A DNA stretch of 37,024 bases. It comes from a virus (Duplodnaviria; Caudoviricetes). The DNA is taken from positions 1-37,024 of the IMG/VR virus record IMGVR_UViG_3300042814_000089. One strand, written 5' to 3'. A program made the translations under genes and the position numbers. Shown in pieces: positions 8,412-15,800 of this stretch; the first letter of the stretch is position 1, and every line of letters starts with the position of its first letter. The notes beneath the pieces are model-generated. The model saw only the letters and a program-made list of their open reading frames with translations. It had not been told where the DNA came from and did no database searches.

Positions 8412-8413
8412 CC

Positions 8414-8743
8414 GTGGCCGAGTACGTCGCCGAGGTCGAGGTCGTGTGGGGATGCCATCGGCGGGGCACCTACTGGCTGGTCGGCGCGTGCGATCCCGAC
8501 GACGAGGACGACCACGAGCGGGTCGTGGACATGGTGGGCCCGTTCTACGACGCTGTCGATGCGCTCCTGTTCGCCGCGTTTGGCGTCTGCGAGCACTTCC
8601 CGCCGTCGGCCTATCGGCACGGCGATGCCGACCTTGAGATCACCTTCCACCGTCTCTGGGAGCACAGCATGGCGGCGGGGTATCCCCCGCCTGGCTACGA
8701 GGACATGGACGACCTGGCCGAGGTGGAGGCGATCGATGCCTAA
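8414..8743 (+). CDS. Acidic hypothetical protein
   Basis: RBS GGAGG, GTG start; strong GC3. Confidence 0.75.
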   Translation: MAEYVAEVEVVWGCHRRGTYWLVGACDPDDEDDHERVVDMVGPFYDAVDALLFAAFGVCEHFPPSAYRHGDADLEITFHRLWEHSMAAGYPPPGYEDMDDLAEVEAIDA

Positions 8744-9317
8744 GCCACTGACCACGGGCACACTGAGTCTCGGTGACGTCTACGGCTCGGTCGCCCAGGA
8801 CCTGATGCAGCGCATCGGCGACGCCCAGGCCGCGGCCGCTGGCCCGCCGATCTCGGATGAGGTGACGCCCGCGACGGACAAGGATCGAGCCGAGGCGTGG
8901 TGGGCGCGCCGGCCCGAGGCGACTGACCAGGCCATGATGCAGCTTGCCCAGCAGAAGTACGCCGAGCACAGAAGAGCGGGCATGGACGACCAGAAGGCGC
9001 AGGCAGCCACGGCCGAGGACCTGACGCACTTCAGGTACGGGCAGAGACTCAAACTTTATACGTATGGTCAGGTGGGATTTAAGGCTCAGGTGGAAGAAGC
9101 CAAGCGCCTCGCAAAGCTGGCGGCCAGGGAGTCGACGCCCAACCCGGAGCCGCCTGCGCCGACCATGCCATCAGCGGCCATGACGACCGCCGCCGCGGCG
9201 CCGACCATCGCCGGTAGCCCGCCTGGAGTACCCGGACTACCCGGAGATCTACCCGGAGATCTACCCGGAGATCTACCCGGACTACCCGAGCCGAGGCCCG
9301 CACCTGGAGGCTACTGA
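8736..9317 (+). CDS. Hypothetical virion-associated protein with Pro-rich tail
   Basis: GGAGG upstream of ATG 8736 (MPKPLTTG...) within ORF 8559..9317. Confidence 0.7.
   Translation: MPKPLTTGTLSLGDVYGSVAQDLMQRIGDAQAAAAGPPISDEVTPATDKDRAEAWWARRPEATDQAMMQLAQQKYAEHRRAGMDDQKAQAATAEDLTHFRYGQRLKLYTYGQVGFKAQVEEAKRLAKLAARESTPNPEPPAPTMPSAAMTTAAAAPTIAGSPPGVPGLPGDLPGDLPGDLPGLPEPRPAPGGY
9228..9290. repeat. In-frame tandem repeat CTACCCGGAGAT x3 plus 9-bp variants (LPGD)n
   Basis: Units at 9237-9248, 9249-9260 and 9261-9272, flanked by GTACCCGGA/CTACCCGGA. Confidence 0.95.
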
Positions 9318-9320
9318 GCG

Positions 9321-11357
9321 ATGACGAGCCCGAACTACAGCAACCAGGGCTACAGCGACGCATTGGCGGGGATGTACGACTCGGCGGGCGCGCTCCAGCT
9401 CAAGGAGATCGAGCAGCGGTACAAGCTCGGCCAGTCCGACATCTCCGCCCGCCTCAAGATCGCGTCGCAGCAGTCGAAGGACACGCGCTACGGCATCGAC
9501 GCCACGCGCGACACCGCCCGCGAGCAGATCGCCCAGGCCCGGGCCGAGATGGAGCAGATCGGCATCCCGCGGATGCTGATCGAGAAGTTCGTCGCCGAGA
9601 AGAACTACGAGATCGCCCAGGCGGAGATGACGCTCAAGCGCGACATCTTCGTCGAGGAGACGGCCCAGGCGAAGGCCAAGCTCCAGCTCGACCGCGAGCA
9701 GATGGAGCGCATCGGCATCCCCCAGATGGAGATCAACAAGTACGTCGCCGAGCAGAACGCGAAGATCGCGCAGGCTCAGCAGACGGGCTACTTCAACGGG
9801 GCAGCGACGCTCGACCGCCAGAAGTTTCAGTCGGACGCGGACTACCAGCGGGCCCAGCTGGCCCAGTCGGCCAGAGAGTTCCAGACCACGGCCTCGGGCT
9901 ACATGCAGCAGCAGGGCACGCTTGCCCAGGACCAGCGACTGCGCTACGAGCAGATCAAGATGGCCGACCAGCAAGGCACGGCCACGGCGCAGGACCGCGC
10001 CGAGTTGGCGGGCTACGAGGACATCCTCGCTGGCCGTGCGCCTGGCGTCGGCGGCAGCGGGGGTCCAGGGCAGGCGACGCTCGAGCGCGAGAAGTTCGAG
10101 AAGCAGTACGGGCTCGACGTCGCGAAGTTCGGCGCGGATCTGGCCTCGACCCCCGACACCTACTTCCAGGCGCGGCGCTTCCAGGGCGTCGACGTGCCCA
10201 GGCTCATGGGCGGGGCGGGTGCTGCGACCCAGGACGTGCAGGGCGGCCCGACCCCTGGCGTCGCGACGATGGGCGCGTACCTCTCGGGCCAGGACCCGTA
10301 CGGGCAGCAGGCGCAGGGCGTGGGTGCCGCCAGTGGCGGCACGTACGAGGGCCTCAAGGCCGTTGGCGGCGGCGGGTACACGGGCCCGATGCGCGAGAGT
10401 GGCCCGATTGACCAGAACGGCAACCCCATAGCTGGTCCCACGGGCGGCGGGGCCGCTCCGCTGTCGCCCCAGGAGCAGGCGCGCTACCAGCAGTTGGTAG
10501 CCCGGGCCAGGGAGCTCAACGCCGCGGGCGAGCCGGTGCCAGCGGTGGATGCCGATGAGCTGGCGCGGTTCCAGGCGCGGCTGCCGCGCCCGACGATCGC
10601 ACCATCCCCGGGGGGCGGCGACGGCCAGGACCGCGTCGGGATCGACGACCCAGGCTTCGACCCTGGCGCGGCGGCGCGTAAGATCGGTGGCGGTGGCAGC
10701 TACCAGCCCGAGCCGATGCTGGGCATCACCGACCCTGGCTTCGACCCGAACGCCATGCGCGCGAAGATCAGCGGCGGGTACGGGGACCCGAACGGGCTGA
10801 CCGGAGCCTCGCACGGGAGCCCCGCTCCCACGGGCACGGTCTGGGGCAACTTGACCCCCGAGGCGCAGGCCGCCCTGAGCCAGCAGAACGGCGGCCAGGT
10901 CCCAGGCTATGCCGCGTCGGAGATGGACCAATCGTACGGCAGCGCATCGTACGGCGGCCCCACCGCGTCGGTCTACGGCGGGCCAGCCGTGTCGGCGACG
11001 GTCGGCCCGCAGGGTTACAGCATGCCTGCCTGGTACACCCAGCAGCAGCAGGGAGCCACCAGTTACCCGAGCCAGGACCCCAGGCAGAAGCAGGTCGCCG
11101 CGCTCGTCAAGGCGCTGCCGCCCAGCCCCTACGACGGCTTGAACGAGCAGGACTCGGCCGCGCTCCACGGCATGGAGGCGATCTACAAGGGCGGGGGTCA
11201 GCAGATCGCGGGCGGCGAGTACGAGCGGCTCAAAGCGTCGGGCAGGCTCGGCTTCATGCAGAGCGCGGGCAAGCTGCTGGGCTACTCGCCGAGCGACCTC
11301 GAGAATCAGTACAAGTCGTACCGCCCGAGCCAGGGCAGTAGCCGGATGGCGGGGTAA
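9321..11357 (+). CDS. Putative internal virion (ejection) protein, coiled-coil N-half and Gly/Gln-rich C-half
   Basis: 678 aa Q/A/G-rich; internal repeats (IGIP.M.I.K.VAE.N..IAQA x2; ATL.R.KF x2; GI.DPGFDP x2). Confidence 0.6.
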   Translation: MTSPNYSNQGYSDALAGMYDSAGALQLKEIEQRYKLGQSDISARLKIASQQSKDTRYGIDATRDTAREQIAQARAEMEQIGIPRMLIEKFVAEKNYEIAQAEMTLKRDIFVEETAQAKAKLQLDREQMERIGIPQMEINKYVAEQNAKIAQAQQTGYFNGAATLDRQKFQSDADYQRAQLAQSAREFQTTASGYMQQQGTLAQDQRLRYEQIKMADQQGTATAQDRAELAGYEDILAGRAPGVGGSGGPGQATLEREKFEKQYGLDVAKFGADLASTPDTYFQARRFQGVDVPRLMGGAGAATQDVQGGPTPGVATMGAYLSGQDPYGQQAQGVGAASGGTYEGLKAVGGGGYTGPMRESGPIDQNGNPIAGPTGGGAAPLSPQEQARYQQLVARARELNAAGEPVPAVDADELARFQARLPRPTIAPSPGGGDGQDRVGIDDPGFDPGAAARKIGGGGSYQPEPMLGITDPGFDPNAMRAKISGGYGDPNGLTGASHGSPAPTGTVWGNLTPEAQAALSQQNGGQVPGYAASEMDQSYGSASYGGPTASVYGGPAVSATVGPQGYSMPAWYTQQQQGATSYPSQDPRQKQVAALVKALPPSPYDGLNEQDSAALHGMEAIYKGGGQQIAGGEYERLKASGRLGFMQSAGKLLGYSPSDLENQYKSYRPSQGSSRMAG

Positions 11358-11360
11358 GCC

Positions 11361-12827
11361 GTGCCGCGGTCCTGGCTCCCCTACCTGCCGTCGAGGGTCC
11401 TGTCGGAGACCGCCGACTGGGGCTTTCAGAACAGCGTGGCCTCGAGCATGGGTTCACTGCTCCAGCAGGGCCAGGAGCTGATGCAGCCGGTCACGGAGCA
11501 GGTAACCGACGTGGTCAGGCAGGCGCTGCCGCAGCCGGCGCCGCCTCCGCCCGCGCCGGAGATGCGGATGCCCGAGGTCACGCCCTTCGCGCTGCCGAGC
11601 CTGGAGTCGTGGGGCATGCACACGCCGACGCCGCCGCCCGCGGTACGCCCGGAGCCGATCGATATGGGTCCACGGGCGGCTCCGCCGCCGCAGACGCCCT
11701 CAGCGCCCGCTCCGGGGCTCTCCGGCGGGCTCGGGGCTGCCGCGGGTGGCGCGTTGGGCGCTGCTGGCTTCAGCCTGCCCAGCCTCGATGCGTGGGGCAT
11801 GGGATCGGGGACCCCGGCCCGCGCACCGGGGGGTGCGGGGTCGCCGCCGGCTTCAGGGGCGGCGGCGCCTCGTTCTGGCGGGGCTGGCGCTCCGACCGAC
11901 GTGAACGAGTATCTCAAGTACGCGGCCGGTAAGGCGGGCATCGACCCCGCGCAGGTCCTCGCCGTCATGGGCAAGGAAGGCCCGACGGGCTGGGGCTCGG
12001 TCGGGACGTTCGACACGGGCACCTCCTATGGCCCGCTCCAACTGCACTACGCGGGCGGCTCCAACCCGAAGGAGGGCATGGGCGACCGCTTCACGCGGGC
12101 CACGGGCATCGACCTCAGGAAGGACTCATCGGTCGCGGCGCACCAGGCCGCGGTCGACTTCGCCCTCGGCGAGCTTGCGAAGCGCGGCGACTGGAGCGAG
12201 TGGTACGGGGCCGATAACGCCTTCCCCGCGAGTACGGGCGGGCAGGGCAGGTTCACGAAGGTGAACCGTGTCGCGCCCACGCAGGAGGCGCCGTCGGCGC
12301 AGCCGCAGGGGGCGCCGCGCCCAGGCAGCTACACGAAAGACGCACTGGTCCCCAATCAGATCACCGAGGGCCAGGCCCAGGGCTTGACCGCTGAGGAGGC
12401 CCTGGCGGTCTGCGGGCCCGCGGCGGCAGTGGCGTTCGCACGTGCCAATGGTCGCAATCCGACGCTCAGGGAAGCCAAGGAGCTGGCCCAGAGCGCGGGC
12501 GTCTGGGACGTCGGCAACGGGATGCACGGCCCAGCCAGTGAGGTGCAACTGCTGCAGAAGATGGGCGTGCAAGCACGCTTGCAGCAGGGCGCCGACTGGG
12601 CCAGCGTCGCTCAGGAGGTCCAGGCGGGCCGACCCGTCATCATTGACACCCCCAACCACTACTTTGTCGCGTCGGGCTTCGACCCGCAGACGGGGGAGTT
12701 CGAGTTCGGCCAGTCGGCGGGCGTGCTCCGAGCGGCGAAGGGCAGAACCAGGTTCAAGCCGCAGGATCTGCCGAGCCTCAACATGGGCTCCCCTCGAGCG
12801 ACCATCTTCCTGGGGGCAGGCCAGTGA
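11361..12827 (+). CDS. Putative virion-associated cell-wall hydrolase: lysozyme/transglycosylase-like domain plus C39-like peptidase domain
   Basis: AAGKAGIDP...V..KEG...SYGPLQLHY...WSEWYGA; CGPAA...RPVII...HYFVASGFD. Confidence 0.7.
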   Translation: MPRSWLPYLPSRVLSETADWGFQNSVASSMGSLLQQGQELMQPVTEQVTDVVRQALPQPAPPPPAPEMRMPEVTPFALPSLESWGMHTPTPPPAVRPEPIDMGPRAAPPPQTPSAPAPGLSGGLGAAAGGALGAAGFSLPSLDAWGMGSGTPARAPGGAGSPPASGAAAPRSGGAGAPTDVNEYLKYAAGKAGIDPAQVLAVMGKEGPTGWGSVGTFDTGTSYGPLQLHYAGGSNPKEGMGDRFTRATGIDLRKDSSVAAHQAAVDFALGELAKRGDWSEWYGADNAFPASTGGQGRFTKVNRVAPTQEAPSAQPQGAPRPGSYTKDALVPNQITEGQAQGLTAEEALAVCGPAAAVAFARANGRNPTLREAKELAQSAGVWDVGNGMHGPASEVQLLQKMGVQARLQQGADWASVAQEVQAGRPVIIDTPNHYFVASGFDPQTGEFEFGQSAGVLRAAKGRTRFKPQDLPSLNMGSPRATIFLGAGQ

Positions 12828-15800
12828 TTGACTGGAAGCGCTGGCTGCCTGGCATGCCCGACGACGAGGAGGAGGACCCCGTCCAGAAGACGCTGCGCGC
12901 GCTCGGGCAGGGCGCCAGTGACGTCGGCGCGGGCATCAGCCAGGGTGTCTCCGACCTCGGCTCGAGCATCGGTTCCGGTTTTTCGACCGCGAATGAGGCG
13001 CTGGGATCTGCGGCGACGGCCGTCCGCGACGCCTACGCCGTGCCCGCGGAGGAGCGCCCGCCGCAGTACAGCGGCCCGAGCTACGCGCAGCCGTCGCTGG
13101 CTCCTGGGCAGCCGAGCATGCTCGAACACCTGCCGGCGGTCGGCGCCGAGTACGGCCGGGCGGCCCAGGAGGCGCTCGGGGACCGCGGCGCCCTGCTGGC
13201 GGGGATGCGCCCGCCCGAGACCCCCGAGGAGGTGGTGGCGGCCAACGCGCCTGCGCCCTTCAGGGCCGTGCGCGCGGCATCGGAGATTGGATCTGCCGCC
13301 GGCAGCGCGGCGCTGGGCGAGTACGGTGCCAGGGCGGCGGGCGAGAAGCCGATCTTCGTCACGAACGAGATCCAGACGCCGCTCGGCGCCATCCCGTCGG
13401 TCGAGGGTCCCACGCCGCGCCAGGTCGGCTCGGCCATCGGGACCGTCGTCGGCGACCCGACCAACCTGATCCTGCCGGGGACCGCCGCCGACAGGGCGGC
13501 CAGCGTGGCCATCGAGGAAGGCGCCGGAGCGCTGCGCGGGGCCGCCGGCCGCGCCGTGGGATCTGCCGCCGAGGCGCTGGGCGCAGCGCTGGGACGGAAC
13601 GCCGAGAACGTGGGCGATGCGCCAGGCGTGCGGTATCTCGGGTCGGGCGTGGTGCCGGAGACTGGAGCTCCGCGCCCGGGCTGGACGCCGCCACCAACGA
13701 TACCGGACGAGGAGATCGTTCAGTTTCGCCGCGCGGCCAAGCTGGTGGAGAACGGCCAGCCGATCCCGCCGGACCTGCCCGTCATCACCCGGCCGATGCC
13801 GGCCAGGGAACGGGGCGCGGACCCGCACGACCTCCACTTCTTCGTCACGAGCGCTGGCGAGGAGGTGGTGCTGCCTCCGGCGAACCGCGGCACGCCCGGC
13901 CGAGGGATCAACGCGGCGTACAGCGATTACATCTCGGCCCAGGGTGGACACCGTGGCCGCCCGTCCGGGCGCTATCAGGACCCGAGCGGGGAGTGGCACC
14001 AGTACGACTCGCCGCAGGAGCTGCTCTTTATGCAGCACTTCGACGAGCAGAAGGCGAGAGGCCCCGATCCGCGGGCGGAGCATGGCGGGATCGAGTCCTG
14101 GTGGAGAGGCGGCGAAAGCCCGTACCCGGAGATCGAGTCGCTGCCATACGTCAAGACGACCATGAAGCCCGGCGAGCAGCCGGGCGTGGGTGGGTTCGAG
14201 GGCGATTATGTCGTCCGCCATCATGACGGCTTCGTCGAGCTGGTGGAGGGCAAGGACGTCAAGGTGATGCCGAAGCAGGAGGAGTGGTTCCAGGAGCCCG
14301 GGAAGCGGCCGGCGCTCGCCTGGAACGTCCTGCGCAAGTCCGCCGCGGCCATCCCTGAGCTTGCCATGCAGGGGCGGGGCTTCCGGATGCTGACCGGGCG
14401 CGAGTCGGCCGCGATGGTGCCGTCGCTGGCGCCGAGCCCCCTCACGGGGAAGGGCTCCCCGGTGAAGTCGTTTCAGGGTGTGCCCGGCGTCGACTGGCGG
14501 GACATCCCGGAGCTTGATCGCGGCTTTCCTGGTGCTGGACCCGCTGTCGGCAACCAGATCCTCGACGTCGTCACCGCCACCGAGCGCGAGGCCCGCGCGC
14601 TCGCGGCGCGGCTGCAGGCTGCAGGGGTACCCGCGGACGAGCAGCGCGCGCAGCTGACGCGCCTGGTGCGCGACCGGCTCCTCCCGACCGCCGACCTGGC
14701 CGGGCGTACCACGGGCGAGATGCGGAACGTCCAGGGGCGCGTATCCGCCGCCGTGCCCGCGTGGGACAGCGACGCGGGGCGGGTGACGCAGGAGCAGCTC
14801 GAGCGGCACTGGCCGGATGCCGCCGCGGCGATCCGGTCGGCCGAGCAGAACGGTGCGCAGGTCCGCTCGGCCACCGTCGAGCTGGTCCAGAGCCCCGCCG
14901 ATGCCGCCCCGAGTCCGCGCCTGTTCATCGAGACCGATGGCGACCCCGCGGCGATCCAGCGCCTGGCGGCCCAGCTGGGGCAGCTCCACGGTGACCCCGG
15001 CGCCGCCACGGTCTGGCACTACGACTGGCAGGGGCCGACGAGCGTCCGCGAGGTGTCATTCTCGGGCGCTGATCCCGCCATTCAGGCCAGCTTCGACGAC
15101 GTGCAGGCCGCGCTGCGCGGGGCCGGAGACGGGGTCCCGGGGCTCGTTTCGCGGTATAATGATGATGGGTCGCTGGCCACGGTCCACGTGCTCGGCCAGG
15201 ACGCCGCGGGCAATCCGGTCCCCGATGACCTCCTGGACGCCCGTCTCCACCGGATGCAGGAAGCGCTGCAGACATTCGGCATCCGGGCCGACGTTGGGCC
15301 CCCGCAGCGGGCGGTCGTCAGGAATTTCGCAGCTGAAGGTGACTATGCAAGAGCCCTCGAGCTCCACGAGCAATCCCTCGGGCTCCGCCCTCTCCCGAGC
15401 CCTCCTCGAGGCGCTGTCCGGGCCGGTGACGGAGGAGGAGCTGCAGGCCGCGCGGGAGCGGATCGCGGCGCGGGCCCAGGAGCCGCAGGAGCCGCCGCCG
15501 ACCGGCTGGCGGATCTCGATCGCGCCCCGCCGGACACCCCCGCCGCAGGTCTAGGCTCCGGCCTCGTCGGACGCCTCTCCGCCGGGTTCGGCAACGCCGC
15601 GCAGGGCGCCGTGCTGGGCGCCGCGTCGGAGGACCTGCAGGCGCAGCAGGAGGACAGAGACCCCGACCCGACGGCCAGGCTGGCCCGCGGGGTCGCGGGC
15701 GCGGGGCTCGGCTACGTGGCTGGCCGTGGTGCGCGTGGGCTCGGCCGGGCGGGCGAGGCGGGGCTCGGGAGCGGTCTGGTGCCCAGGGCCAACCAAGGGC

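Noticed and set aside
14513-14660. Possible second nested +1 ORF (LIAAFLVLDPLS...) after the nuclease domain
   Set aside because: Only a short run of A/T-ending host codons, no well-spaced RBS or start, and the rest is low-complexity.
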